Source of the DNA: an uncultured delta proteobacterium | GTDB lineage: Bacteria > Desulfobacterota > Desulfobaccia > Desulfobaccales > 0-14-0-80-60-11 | DNA length: 64,000 nucleotides | Assembly: GCA_963812015.1 (NCBI GenBank) | Contig: CAWETI010000003.1 | Coordinates: forward strand, 320,001-384,000 | Direction of reading: 5' to 3' | Part shown: piece after piece, positions 1-11,264 of the stretch | Layout: each line of letters starts with the position of its first letter | Position numbering within the stretch: position 1 is the first letter of the stretch | The notes under the pieces: generated by a model | What the model saw: only the letters and a program-made list of their open reading frames with translations | Database searches by the model: none | What the model was told of the DNA's origin: nothing | Made by a program: the position numbers and the translations under genes

Positions 1-2
1 TG

Positions 3-524
3 GCGGCCCTGGGGTTAGGGGCCCAGGACGCGGTGGCCGGGGGCGGGCGCTACAACGGCCTGGCCAAGGAACTGGGCGGCCCGGATCTGCCCGCCATCGG
101 TTTCGCCATCGGGGAGGACCGCCTCTTGGAGGTGCTGCCCCAGGATTTCGGTCAGGACCTGCGGCCCCGGGTCTTTGTAGCGGCCCTGGGGGAGGCGGCC
201 CGGGAGCGGGCCTTCACCGTGGTCCAGGAGTTGCGCCGCAAAAACCTGGCCGGGGAGATGGATTTCGAGGGTCGGTCCCTCAAGGCCCAGATGTCCCTGG
301 CGGACCGCCTGAACGCGGCCTATGTGGTCATCATGGGGGACAAGGAACTGGAGACGGGCGCGGCCCAGGTTCGCCCCATGCGGAATTTTTCTCGCCAGGC
401 GGGGGAAACGGCCAAGCCGGCGGATGCCGAGGCCGGGCGGCCGCCGGTGGAACAGGCGAAGGTGCGGTTTGAGGACCTGGTGGATTATTTAGCCGGGAAA
501 ATTCGCCAGCCAGAAGGCCCTTGA
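3..524 (+). CDS. hisS: Histidyl-tRNA synthetase, C-terminal part (runs off window start)
   Basis: GGGRYNGL and AIGFAIGEDR (motif 3) followed by an anticodon-binding domain; lies upstream of aspS as in the common hisS-aspS pair. Confidence 0.93.
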   Translation, partial: AALGLGAQDAVAGGGRYNGLAKELGGPDLPAIGFAIGEDRLLEVLPQDFGQDLRPRVFVAALGEAARERAFTVVQELRRKNLAGEMDFEGRSLKAQMSLADRLNAAYVVIMGDKELETGAAQVRPMRNFSRQAGETAKPADAEAGRPPVEQAKVRFEDLVDYLAGKIRQPEGP

Positions 525-567
525 TGATCAGGTTGCCAGGCAAGGGGCTCGAACTTAGCGGTTTAAA

Positions 568-589
568 GTCCCCCTTTTTTAAAGGGGGA
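568..589. repeat. REP-like palindrome family C (CCCCCTTT-AAAGGGGG)
   Basis: Hairpin GTCCCCCTTTTTTAAAGGGGGA; longer related copies at ~44720-44805 and ~63723-63818. Confidence 0.7.
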
Positions 590-605
590 AAGAAGGGAAT
601 ACAAC

Positions 606-2390
606 GTGTTTGATTCGCTTGAAGGGTTACAGCGCAGTCATTCCTGCAATGTGCTCAGGGCCGCGGACAACGGCATCGAAGTGGTGCTCATGGGCTGGGT
701 GCAGCGTCGGCGTGACCACGGCGGGCTCATCTTTGTGGACCTGCGGGACCGGGAGGGGCTGACCCAGGTGGTCTTCAACCCCGAAATCAATCCCGACACC
801 CACGTCAAGGCCGGGGTGCTACGGGATGAGTACGTCATCGCGGTGCGGGGCCTGGTGAACCTCCGGCCGCCGGAGATGGTCAACCCGAATCTGCCCACCG
901 GGGAGATCGAGGTATTGGTTTCAGAGCTGCGCATTTTGAACGCCGCCAAGACCCCCCCCTTCGAGTTGGAAGACTACAAGGTGGACATCTCCGAGGCCCT
1001 GCGGTTGAAATACCGTTACCTGGACCTCAGACGCCCCAGCGTCATGAAGAACCTCATCTTCCGGCACCATGCCGCCCAGGTGGCCCGCCAGTTTCTCAAT
1101 GGCCAGGGTTTCATCGAGGTGGAGACTCCCATCCTCACCAAGAGCACCCCGGAGGGGGCCCGGGACTACCTGGTGCCCAGCCGGGTGCAGCCGGGGCAAT
1201 TTTTCGCCCTGCCCCAGTCGCCCCAGCTCTTCAAGCAGCTCTTGATGATGGCCGGCCTGGACCGCTACTATCAATTGTGCCGTTGTTTCCGGGACGAGGA
1301 TTTGCGGGCCGACCGTCAGCCCGAGTTCACCCAGATCGACATGGAGATGGCCTTCATCACCGAAGCCGACGTCTACCGAGTGGTGGAGGGGTTGATTGCC
1401 TCACTGTTCAGGGAATTGAAGGGCGTGGAGTTGACGCTCCCCTTTCCCCGCCTGACCTACCAGGAATGTATGGACCGCTTCGGGCTGGACCGGCCGGAAA
1501 CCCGCTTTGGGCTGGAGCTCCATGACGTCACCGACCTGATCCAGGAGACCGAATTCCGCCAGTTCCGGGAGGTGGTGGACCAGGGGGGGGTCGTCAAGGC
1601 CATCAACGGCCCGGGATTGAGCAAGCTCACCCGGAAGGACCTGGACGGGCTCATCGACCTGGCCGGGGTCTACGGGGCCCGGGGCCTGGCCTGGGTGAAA
1701 ATCCAGAGCGACGGGGCCTGGCAGTCGCCCCTGGCCAAGTACTTTCCCGCCGGGGCCAAGGCGGCCATCAACGGGCGCCTGGAAGCCGAGGCGGGCGACC
1801 TGCTCCTGTTTGTCGCCGATGCCCCCTCGGTGGCTTGCACCGCCATGGGGCAGGTCAGGCTCAATTTGGGCGAGCGGGAAGGGCTGATCCCCGAGGACAC
1901 CTACCATCTGACGTGGGTCGCCGATTTTCCCCTGCTGGAGTATGACAACGAGGCGGGCCGCTTTGCCGCCATGCACCACCCCTTTACCGCCCCGAAGGAG
2001 GAAGACATCCCCCTCCTGGCCACCGACCCGGGGAAGGTAAGGGCTCGGGCCTATGACCTGGTGCTCAACGGCACGGAGATCGGCGGGGGCAGCATTCGCA
2101 TCAACCGCCGGGATATTCAGCAGCAGGTCTTTCAGGCGCTGAACATCTCCCCGGCGGAAGCGGAAGAAAAATTCGGCTTTCTGCTGGAGGCCCTGGATTA
2201 CGGGGCGCCGCCTCACGGAGGCGTGGCTTTCGGGTTCGACCGCCTGGTGGCGATCCTCTGCGGGGCCAAATCCATCCGGGAGGTGATCGCCTTCCCCAAG
2301 ACCCAGAAGGCCGCCTGCCTGGTGACCAGGGCCCCGTCCCCGGTGGACCCGGAGCAGTTGCTGGAGTTGGGTTTGAGGCTGGAAAAATAG
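606..2390 (+). CDS. aspS: Aspartyl-tRNA synthetase, probably non-discriminating Asp/Asn type
   Basis: RRRDHGGLIFVDLRD, FRDEDLRADRQPEFTQ and GAPPHGG motifs; the His in RDHGG is typical of non-discriminating AspRS. Confidence 0.97.
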   Translation: MFDSLEGLQRSHSCNVLRAADNGIEVVLMGWVQRRRDHGGLIFVDLRDREGLTQVVFNPEINPDTHVKAGVLRDEYVIAVRGLVNLRPPEMVNPNLPTGEIEVLVSELRILNAAKTPPFELEDYKVDISEALRLKYRYLDLRRPSVMKNLIFRHHAAQVARQFLNGQGFIEVETPILTKSTPEGARDYLVPSRVQPGQFFALPQSPQLFKQLLMMAGLDRYYQLCRCFRDEDLRADRQPEFTQIDMEMAFITEADVYRVVEGLIASLFRELKGVELTLPFPRLTYQECMDRFGLDRPETRFGLELHDVTDLIQETEFRQFREVVDQGGVVKAINGPGLSKLTRKDLDGLIDLAGVYGARGLAWVKIQSDGAWQSPLAKYFPAGAKAAINGRLEAEAGDLLLFVADAPSVACTAMGQVRLNLGEREGLIPEDTYHLTWVADFPLLEYDNEAGRFAAMHHPFTAPKEEDIPLLATDPGKVRARAYDLVLNGTEIGGGSIRINRRDIQQQVFQALNISPAEAEEKFGFLLEALDYGAPPHGGVAFGFDRLVAILCGAKSIREVIAFPKTQKAACLVTRAPSPVDPEQLLELGLRLEK

Positions 2391-2397
2391 CGGAGGA

Positions 2398-2583
2398 TTT
2401 TGGGGGAGGAGGCTAAGGGCAAAAGCCCTTACCCCCTCCCCCAAGCCCCCACCCCCAATCCCTTAAGTTATGTTTGCCAGGAATGTCAGGGCTGTAAGCC
2501 TCGACATTCCTGGCCCATACAGGGTTGGGAGGGGGGTGTGGGGGGAGGGCAGGGACTTGAGTCCCTGGCCCTCCTCCCACAAA
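2398..2583. repeat. Inverted pair of REP-like family B units
   Basis: GGGGGAGG..CCCTCCCCC..CCCCCAATCCC unit (2398-2464) and an opposite-orientation unit (2521-2583); related units at 13844-13978, 58741-58806 and around IS copy 1. Confidence 0.7.
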
Positions 2584-2606
2584 AAAAATATTACGGATGG
2601 CACATT

Positions 2607-4436
2607 ATGTCTCGTTGGAACAAAGAACGCCGGTTATTGGATCATGAGCACTCCACTTTTTGGCATCATCGCTTGCAGGAGGTGGAAGAGCCCAATCTGA
2701 TGCGGAACATCTTCCCGTATACGGAAGTGGCCCGCATCGACTTCGACTACAAGTTCGTCATGCCCCAGCCCCCGGAGCAGATGTTGCTCACCGACACCAC
2801 CTTCCGGGATGGGCAACAGGCCCGGCCGCCTTACACCGTGCGCCAGATCGTGGATATCTTCGACCTGCTCCACCGCCTGTCGGGTCCTAAGGGCATCGTC
2901 CGCCAGACCGAGTTTTTCCTTTACAGCGCCAAGGACAAAGAGGCCGTGCAGCAATGCCGGGAGCGGGGATATGAATTTCCGCAAATTACCGGCTGGATTC
3001 GGGCCCACGCCTCTGACCTGGCCCTGGTGAAAGAGCTGGGCCTCCCCGAAACCGGCATCCTCACCTCGGTGTCCGATTACCACATCTTTTTAAAGCTGAA
3101 GTGGGACCGGCGGAAGGCCATGGAAGACTACCTGGGCATCGTCAAGGCGGCCCTGGAGCAGGGTATCGCCCCCCGGTGCCATTTCGAGGACGTCACCCGG
3201 GCCGACGTCTACGGCTTTTGCGTCCCCTTCGCCATCGAGCTGATGAAGCTCAGGGAAGAAAGCGGCATCGACATCAAACTGCGGCTGTGCGACACCATGG
3301 GCTACGGGGTGCCTTATCCCGGCGCCGCCCTGCCCCGGAGCGTGCCCAAGCTGGTGCGGGCCATGATTGACGATGCCGGCGTGCCGGGCCATCTCCTGGA
3401 ATGGCATGGGCACAACGACTTCCACAAAGTTCTGGTCAATAGCGTCACCGCCTGGCTTTACGGCTGCGGCGCGGTGAACGGGGCGCTGTTGGGATTCGGG
3501 GAGCGCACCGGCAACGCCCCCATCGAGGGCATGCTGATCGAGTATATTTCTCTCCGGGGCGCCACCGACGGCATTGACACCACGGTGATCTCGGAGATCG
3601 CCGAGTATTTCGAGCGGGAGTTGCGTTATCACATTCCGCCCAGTTATCCCTTTGTGGGGCAAAACTTCAACAACACCAGCGCCGGCATCCATGCGGACGG
3701 GCTCCTCAAGAACGAAGAGATTTACAACGCCTTTGATACGGGCAAGATCCTCAACCGGCCTATCCGGATCACCATTACCGACAAGTCGGGCAAGGCCGGC
3801 ATCGTCCATTGGATCAATACCCGCCTGAAACTGGACGGCGATCGGGCGGTGGACAAGAACACTCCCGGGGTGGCGAAGATCTTCAATCGCATTATGGAAA
3901 TGTATGAGTCCGGCCGGTGCACCTCCATCTCAGACGAAGAGATGGAAAAGCTGGCCCGCCGCTACCTCTCCGAGTTTTTTGTCTCGGAGTTCGACGAGCT
4001 CAAGCAAAAGGCCTACAAACTGGCGGCCCACCTGGCGGCGGACCTGGCCTTGTCGGAAGATATCCGGTCCATGGACCCGGCCCGGATGGAGCCGGTCCTC
4101 CAGAAGGCCCTGGACGTCTTCCCCTTCACCCAGTTCATGTATGTCGTCAATCTGGACGGGCGCAAGATCACCCGGAATATCACCCACATCGTCGACCGGG
4201 CTAAATATGCCGAAATGAAATTGGATGAGGACCAATCCAACCGCACCTGGTTTATCGAGCCCATCAAGAGCGGCAAGGTGTTCGTCTCGGACTTCTACAC
4301 CTCCCGGTTTACCGGCGCCCTGTGCATCACCGTCAGCGTGCCGGTGCGCAATGACGCCGATGAAATCCAGGGCATTTTGGGCATGGACATCCGCTTCGAA
4401 GCCCTGGCCAAGATGGAGCAAGAAGGGGAGATTTAA
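2607..4436 (+). CDS. Re-citrate synthase-like DRE-TIM metallolyase with a C-terminal Cache/PDC-like domain
   Basis: DTTFRDGQQARPP, HGHNDF and GERTGN motifs; C-terminal WF..P..SGKVFVSDFYTS..TGALCITVS.P…GILGMDI resembles a Cache domain. Start moved to ATG 2607 because the ORF-track start (2400) lies inside a repeat. Confidence 0.75.
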   Translation: MSRWNKERRLLDHEHSTFWHHRLQEVEEPNLMRNIFPYTEVARIDFDYKFVMPQPPEQMLLTDTTFRDGQQARPPYTVRQIVDIFDLLHRLSGPKGIVRQTEFFLYSAKDKEAVQQCRERGYEFPQITGWIRAHASDLALVKELGLPETGILTSVSDYHIFLKLKWDRRKAMEDYLGIVKAALEQGIAPRCHFEDVTRADVYGFCVPFAIELMKLREESGIDIKLRLCDTMGYGVPYPGAALPRSVPKLVRAMIDDAGVPGHLLEWHGHNDFHKVLVNSVTAWLYGCGAVNGALLGFGERTGNAPIEGMLIEYISLRGATDGIDTTVISEIAEYFERELRYHIPPSYPFVGQNFNNTSAGIHADGLLKNEEIYNAFDTGKILNRPIRITITDKSGKAGIVHWINTRLKLDGDRAVDKNTPGVAKIFNRIMEMYESGRCTSISDEEMEKLARRYLSEFFVSEFDELKQKAYKLAAHLAADLALSEDIRSMDPARMEPVLQKALDVFPFTQFMYVVNLDGRKITRNITHIVDRAKYAEMKLDEDQSNRTWFIEPIKSGKVFVSDFYTSRFTGALCITVSVPVRNDADEIQGILGMDIRFEALAKMEQEGEI

Positions 4437-4471
4437 GGGGCGTCGAGTTCCGGTTTTTCGTCTCATCAATC

Positions 4472-4500
4472 AGGGCGCCCCCGGCGGGCGCCCTTTGTTT
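4472..4500 (+). terminator. Intrinsic terminator
   Basis: AGGGCGCCC-ccggc-GGGCGCCCT followed by TTGTTT. Confidence 0.7.
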
Positions 4501-4829
4501 CTCTGCCGCCCCCTCCTCCACGTTCCACGCTTGTAAGAAAATTTTTGACAAGAAATTCAGGAAATCTCTGATATGTAACGGCCCGCGGGTCGGATAAGCT
4601 AATTTGGGGTAGGTATTCTCGAAAGATTTTTTCCCTTGTGCGAAATTTCACGATGAGGTAAGGTTGCACCCATCTTATAACCCCTGATGTTTGATACCAT
4701 TTCACGTTAACATGCTGCAAACTGAACTTTAAGTTCTTGATATTTCTATTAACTGAAAACCGATAACTGAAAACCGAAAACGCGATAAGATAAGCGGCCC
4801 ACGCATCTACCGGAGAGGGAGGACAGTGC

Positions 4830-6506
4830 ATGTCTGACAAAGAGCAGTTGGAACGCATCAAAGAGGCCAAGGTCAAATATGATGAACGGGTGTCCAAGGT
4901 GTTGCAAAAGATGCCGGAACGCAAGGCCGATTTTGCCAATACCTCCGGCATCCCCGTCAATCGGGTTTATACTCCCCTGGACATGGCAGAGTTCGACTAC
5001 CTGAAACAGTTGGGTATGCCCGGCGCCTATCCCTATACCCGGGCGGTACAGCCCACCGCCTATCGCGGCCGCTTCTGGACCATGCGCCAGTATGCCGGCT
5101 TCGCCACCGCCGAGGAGACCAACGAGCGCTACCATTTCCTCTTGAAATCCGGGCAGACCGGCCTGTCGGTGGCCTTCGACCTCCCCACCCAGATCGGCTA
5201 TGATTCCGATCACCCCCTGGCCCAGGGGGAAGTGGGCAAAGTCGGGGTGTGTATCGACTCCCTGTGGGACATGGAGAGGTTGTTCCAGGGCATTCCCCTG
5301 GACCAGGTGTCCACTTCCATGACCATCAATTCGCCCTGCGCCGTCATCATGGCCATGTACCTGGCGGTGGCCGAGAAGCAAGGGGTGCCCTTCGATAAAC
5401 TGCGGGGCACCGTGCAAAACGACATCCTCAAAGAGTATCCGGCCCGGGGCACCTATATCTTTGCCCCCCGGCCCTCCATGCGCCTCATCACCGATATCTT
5501 TGCCTACTGCACCAAGGAAGTGCCCCAGTGGAACACCATCAGCATCAGCGGCTACCACATCCGGGAAGCCGGCTCCACCGCGGTGCAGGAAGTCGCCTTC
5601 ACCCTGGCCAACGGCATCGCCTACGTGGAGGCCGCCATCCAGGCCGGCATGAAGGTGGATGAGTTCGGGCCCCGGCTCTCCTTCTTCTTCAACGCCCACT
5701 CCGATTTCCTGGAAGAAGTGGCCAAATATCGGGCCGCCCGCCGCCTGTGGGCCAAGATCATGAAAGAGCGCTTCAACGCCCAGGACCCCAGGTCCATGAT
5801 GCTCCGCTTCCATACCCAGACCGCCGGCTGCTCCCTGACGGCCCAGCAGCCCCTCAATAACATCATGCGGGTGGCCTTCCAGGCCATGAGCGCCGTGCTG
5901 GGCGGCACCCAGTCCCTGCACACCAACTCTTATGACGAGGCCCTGGCCCTGCCCTCCGAACTGGCGGTCCAGGTGGCGCTGCGCAGCCAGCAGGTGGTTG
6001 CCTATGAGACCAACGTCTGCGATACCATCGACCCCCTGGCGGGTTCCTACTACGTCGAAAACCTCACCGACGCCATCGAGGCCCGGGCCCAGGAGTACAT
6101 CGACCAGATCGACCGCATGGGCGGCGCCGTGGCTGCCATCGAAAAGGGCTTCATCCAGAAAGAGATCGGCGCCAGCGCCTACAAGTTCCAGAAGGAGATC
6201 GAAAAAGGCGAGCGCATCATCGTGGGCCTGAACCGCTTCCAGACGGTGGAAGAAAAGCTCACCGGCCTGCTCAAGGTTGACCCGGCGGTGGGAGAGAAAC
6301 AAAATGCCGGCTTGCGGGAACTGAAGAACACCCGGGACAACGCCGCCGTCCAACAGGCCCTAACGGCCCTCAAGACCGCGGCTGAAGGCACCGACAATCT
6401 CATGCCTCCCATCCTCAAGGCGGTCCAGGCCCTGGCCACCCTGGGCGAGGTCTGCGACACCCTCCGGGGCGTCTTCGGCGAATACGAAGCCCCGGCGCTG
6501 GTGTGA
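4830..6506 (+). CDS. Methylmalonyl-CoA mutase, substrate-binding (large) subunit
   Basis: WTMRQYAGF (specificity Tyr), [21 protein letters not shown] and [11 protein letters not shown]; lacks the B12-binding domain. Confidence 0.9.
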   Translation: MSDKEQLERIKEAKVKYDERVSKVLQKMPERKADFANTSGIPVNRVYTPLDMAEFDYLKQLGMPGAYPYTRAVQPTAYRGRFWTMRQYAGFATAEETNERYHFLLKSGQTGLSVAFDLPTQIGYDSDHPLAQGEVGKVGVCIDSLWDMERLFQGIPLDQVSTSMTINSPCAVIMAMYLAVAEKQGVPFDKLRGTVQNDILKEYPARGTYIFAPRPSMRLITDIFAYCTKEVPQWNTISISGYHIREAGSTAVQEVAFTLANGIAYVEAAIQAGMKVDEFGPRLSFFFNAHSDFLEEVAKYRAARRLWAKIMKERFNAQDPRSMMLRFHTQTAGCSLTAQQPLNNIMRVAFQAMSAVLGGTQSLHTNSYDEALALPSELAVQVALRSQQVVAYETNVCDTIDPLAGSYYVENLTDAIEARAQEYIDQIDRMGGAVAAIEKGFIQKEIGASAYKFQKEIEKGERIIVGLNRFQTVEEKLTGLLKVDPAVGEKQNAGLRELKNTRDNAAVQQALTALKTAAEGTDNLMPPILKAVQALATLGEVCDTLRGVFGEYEAPALV

Positions 6507-6586
6507 GGAGTTAAAATGAATTTGGGAGAGGGGGCCAGGGGCGGATGGCCCCTGCCCCCTCTCCCAAACCCTTGTATGTTAAAGGG

Positions 6587-7742
<1,156 letters not shown>

Positions 7743-7847
7743 CATCTAACACAGTCGCTCTCCCCCAACCCCTTACAAGGGGTGGGAGAATAACTTGAGA
7801 GAGAATAGGAAGTAATGTATCCCCCTACGCAATGAGCCTCGTTCTTT

Positions 7848-7886
7848 TCCCCTCTCCCCTGGGGGAGAGGGTCAGGGTGAGGGGGA
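7848..7886 (-). repeat. REP-like family A unit (CCCTCACCCTGACCCTCTCCCCC-GGGGAGAGG), unoccupied IS110 target
   Basis: Minus strand carries CCTGACCCTCTCC (7864-7876), identical to the reconstructed target of IS copy 2; relatives at 8526-8561, 33601-33648 and 34279-34318. Confidence 0.8.
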
Positions 7887-7961
7887 AGAAATCGATGGCG
7901 CAGGCGTCTCGCCTGTGTTCAAAATAAAAGTAGTGCGAGCCTTGCACAAGGAGAAAGAACA

Positions 7962-8366
7962 ATGCCGGAAGAAAGAAAGATCAGGGTTTTGGCCGCCAAG
8001 CCCGGGTTGGATGGGCATGATCGGGGCATTAAAGTCATCTGCGCGGCCTTGCGGGATGCCGGCATGGAAGTGATATACACCGGCCTCAGGCAGACCCCGG
8101 AGCAGATCGTTGCGGCCGCCCTCCAGGAAGACGCGGATGTCATCGCCATGAGCGTGCTTTCCGGAGCCCATAACTACCTCTTTCCCCGGGTCATGGCCCT
8201 GGTGAAAGAAAAAGGCATCAATGATGTCCTGGTGATGGGCGGCGGCATCATTCCCGATGAGGATATTCCGGCTTTGAAGCACGTCGGTATCGCCGCCATC
8301 TTTGGCCCCGGCACCGAGACGGGCGACATCATCGGCTTTATCCGGGAAAACGTCCGGAAAAACTGA
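7962..8366 (+). CDS. Methylmalonyl-CoA mutase, cobalamin-binding (small) subunit
   Basis: [10 protein letters not shown] (DxHxxG), SVLSGAH and GGIIP. Confidence 0.93.
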   Translation: MPEERKIRVLAAKPGLDGHDRGIKVICAALRDAGMEVIYTGLRQTPEQIVAAALQEDADVIAMSVLSGAHNYLFPRVMALVKEKGINDVLVMGGGIIPDEDIPALKHVGIAAIFGPGTETGDIIGFIRENVRKN

Positions 8367-8455
8367 TCAAGGAAAATCTAGGGGGCGCCCCGCGCCCCCT
8401 CGTCAATTTTAGGCATCCAGTGGCATAGGCCTCCGGCCTGGGCCTGTGGTGTTTC

Positions 8456-8482
8456 GTAGGGGCGGACCCAGGTGTCCGCCCT
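8456..8482. repeat. REP-like family D (GTAGGGGCGGACCCATGTGTCCGCCC)
   Basis: GTAG-led palindrome; copies at ~13347-13370, 33576-33601, 33963-33989, 41755-41781 and 56202-56227; related GTAGGGGCGGTTCGCGAACCGCCCCTAC at 56091-56118. Confidence 0.8.
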
Positions 8483-9084
8483 TTTTTCTGGCTTATAGGA
8501 AATGCCCAAAGTCCCTTCCTTTATTTCCCTCTCCCCTTGCGAGAGGGTCAAGTGAGGGGGGATTTTCACTACCAGGCCGCCTCCCAGGACTCTGCCCATC
8601 CCCGGCTCAAGGGCCGGGTTTTAATCCGGGAAGAATAATTGCATATATTGGCAAGTAACCTGCTATCCATGCATTGCTCTTTCCATCCAAATTTTATTGC
8701 CTGCTGGCCCATTACCATTCCCGGCGGTGGTATGTGCATGGAGCTTCGGCTTTTCCTCTATCACACCATTATCGGGCGGCGCTTTCCTGGAGTTCTTAAG
8801 GTCCACCGCATTGAGGTATCCGAGTTCTGTTGGGCAGGTGTGCCAATTTTCTGCAAAAATTACCATGTCCGGCTGATTGGTTGGCAAATTCATGGAAGTT
8901 TATGCTACCATCGCTGTCGTTAGAATATTCTGCTAAAAAAGAGGAAGCTTGTCGGAGTTAGACTCGTTGAGAGTGCTCCCCAAAACCGTTTTTTAACTGC
9001 GTTGGGCAAGACTGCTGCATAATCTCAGTTTAAACCGCTAATTTTATCCCCGGTAGGCAAGGCTGCCGCGAAATCTCGGTAGAT

Positions 9085-10569
9085 ATGACTATGACGAACG
9101 CCAGACCGAATCTGTCTGTCTATAGTTGGGTGTGTGGCTTCCTGGTCATCAGCCTTATTCTCTACCGCCTGGGCACCACTACCGCGGACAGCGATCTCTG
9201 GGGTTACCTGGCTTTTGGCCGCCTTTTTTGGGAGCAGCGGCGGTTCCCTTATGAGGACGTCTTTTCGTACGTCCCCACCTTAACCCCCTGGGTCTATCAC
9301 GAGTGGCTCACAGGGGTGCTGTTTTACCCTTTGTACAAGAACTTGGGAGGCCCTGGTTTACAAGCGTTCAAGTATGCGATGGGCCTTGCCACCTTCTGGC
9401 TGATCTATGCTGCCGCCCGGCGCCGGGAAGTCTCCGCCCTGGCCGCGGGCCTCCTCCTGGCGATGCTGGCGGGAGGCTTCCGAACCGGTTTCTCCCCTGT
9501 CAGGGCCCAGGTCTTCACCTATTTCTTTTTTGCCCTCACGCTTTTTGTCCTGGAGAATTACCGGATAAACAGGGGCCGACACACCTTCCTGCTCTTTGGC
9601 CTGATATTCGCGGCCTGGGCTAATCTGCATGGTGGATTTGTGGCCGGCTTGGGACTTATCGGTCTTTATGCCTTGGGGGAGGCCCTTGCCCGCCGCCACT
9701 TCCGGCCTTACGTGGTGTGCTTGGGGCTGGCCGTCTTGGTGACGCTGATCAATCCATATGGCTGGCGCTACTGGACTTACCTGGTTAATGCCCTGGCCAT
9801 GCCCCGGCCGGAAATCACAGAATGGGCTTCCGTTTATCAGGCCTTCCGCCAGGGAACCTATGGTCTGATAGATTTGGGGTATGTTCTTTGTTTCGCCTTA
9901 TTTTCGCTCCTGGTCATCAGACGGGAGGCGCCCAAGGACCTCACCTCCCTGATCATCCTGGGGGTGACTTTTGTCATTTCCGTCAAAAATATCCGAAACC
10001 TGCCCTTCTTTCTCCTGGCTTCGGGGGTTTATCTGCCCCGGGCCTGCAAATATTTTGAAGAAGATCTTCGGGTCCGCTTTCCTGCCGGCCTGGCCCCAGG
10101 GTTCTGCTCGCTCCTCATGGCATTCCTGCTGGTGACCTCCCTCTTCCTGGTGGCCGGTTTCCTAAGACTTTCCCCCTTCTCTTTAAAACTTCCCGAGGCC
10201 CCCCAAACCGCCACCGATTCCCAATTTTACCCCGTCGACGCCATTCGCTATCTGCAAGACAATCAATTATCCGGCAACCTCCTAGTGTATTTTGATTGGG
10301 GGGAATACGCCCTGTGGAATTTATACCCCCATTGCCGCGTGGCCATTGATGGGCGCTATGAAACAGTTTACCCCCATGCCGTTTGTCAGGAATATTTCGA
10401 CTTTATTAAGGCTCGAGGGAATTGGAGACAATTTTTGCATCGGTTTCCTCCCGATTTTATCCTGCTTCCGGCAAATATCGAAATCGCCGCTTTGTTGAAA
10501 AAAGAGTCAGGCTGGAAAGTAATTTATAGCGGCAAGGGGTGTATCCTCTTTCAGAACAACCCCGGATGA
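9085..10569 (+). CDS. Uncharacterised polytopic membrane protein, possibly GT-C glycosyltransferase-like
   Basis: About 10 TM segments; D..W..LA.GR, HEWL, WANLHGGF, NPYG and DGRYE motifs; function not established. Confidence 0.6.
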   Translation: MTMTNARPNLSVYSWVCGFLVISLILYRLGTTTADSDLWGYLAFGRLFWEQRRFPYEDVFSYVPTLTPWVYHEWLTGVLFYPLYKNLGGPGLQAFKYAMGLATFWLIYAAARRREVSALAAGLLLAMLAGGFRTGFSPVRAQVFTYFFFALTLFVLENYRINRGRHTFLLFGLIFAAWANLHGGFVAGLGLIGLYALGEALARRHFRPYVVCLGLAVLVTLINPYGWRYWTYLVNALAMPRPEITEWASVYQAFRQGTYGLIDLGYVLCFALFSLLVIRREAPKDLTSLIILGVTFVISVKNIRNLPFFLLASGVYLPRACKYFEEDLRVRFPAGLAPGFCSLLMAFLLVTSLFLVAGFLRLSPFSLKLPEAPQTATDSQFYPVDAIRYLQDNQLSGNLLVYFDWGEYALWNLYPHCRVAIDGRYETVYPHAVCQEYFDFIKARGNWRQFLHRFPPDFILLPANIEIAALLKKESGWKVIYSGKGCILFQNNPG

Positions 10570-11264
10570 GCCTGTTGCTTTCATATTATTAATTAGCCGC
10601 GCTTAGTGACGTTATCAATTGACTATTCAAATTCTGGGGACAAAGAGGGCGCCTGTGGACAATCGCGATCTGCTATATATCAGAACATTGCGAAAAACAG
10701 ATTCCCCAGTGCAAGATGTGACTATTCGCTGCGAAGAGTAAGTCATCCTCCTCATACGTGCTTTCTCCCCTTATATGCATAAGTTTATGCTGCTCCAGCA
10801 TGACAGGCTCCCGGTGCCCCACGTGGGTGGCCTGGCGGAAAACAGCTCTGCCGGCACCGGTTCATCGGTTCCGGGAGGCGGGACCAGGATGTCTCTCTGG
10901 AGGTTGCCGCAAGATTGGGGCGGGACGGTATCGGGTCTCAGGCGACCGGCGGTAATGACACGAGGGAAACCAGGCGGCTATGTCCCGGGACACCCATGGC
11001 TTTAGCGCGGCACAGATGCCGCTGAAAAGGCCCGAACAAGGCGGTTCTTCATAATAACTTATTGATATTACAATAATATTTATTTTAGTCGGTTGTTTCT
11101 GGGGGAAAATTTCTGGAGGAGCAGGTCTTCTTGTGGTAAAATTCACGTCACACGGCCAGGTTAGCAAACCCGGGGCGATTTTTCACTTCACTCAGCGCCG
11201 CGACCTAAACCCGGATTTTACCCAAGATGGCCTGAATCTTTTCCCCAAGGAGCACTTCCAGGAT

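Noticed and set aside
2400..2606. N-terminal extension of the 678-aa ORF (likewise the starts at 13902 and 58807)
   Set aside because: Translates REP-like repeat DNA; recognisable protein starts downstream
4749..6353. Long antisense ORFs (also 1401-2444, 13953-15521, 18090-19556, 46122-47102)
   Set aside because: Shadows of GC3-rich genes on the opposite strand; no motifs
8639..8923. Small ORF behind a sigma54-like GG-N10-GC box (8648-8664)
   Set aside because: No recognisable protein, weak RBS, and the motif can arise by chance
10700..11260. Riboswitch or attenuator upstream of trpB2
   Set aside because: No T-box, Trp-rich leader or known aptamer consensus that I could identify
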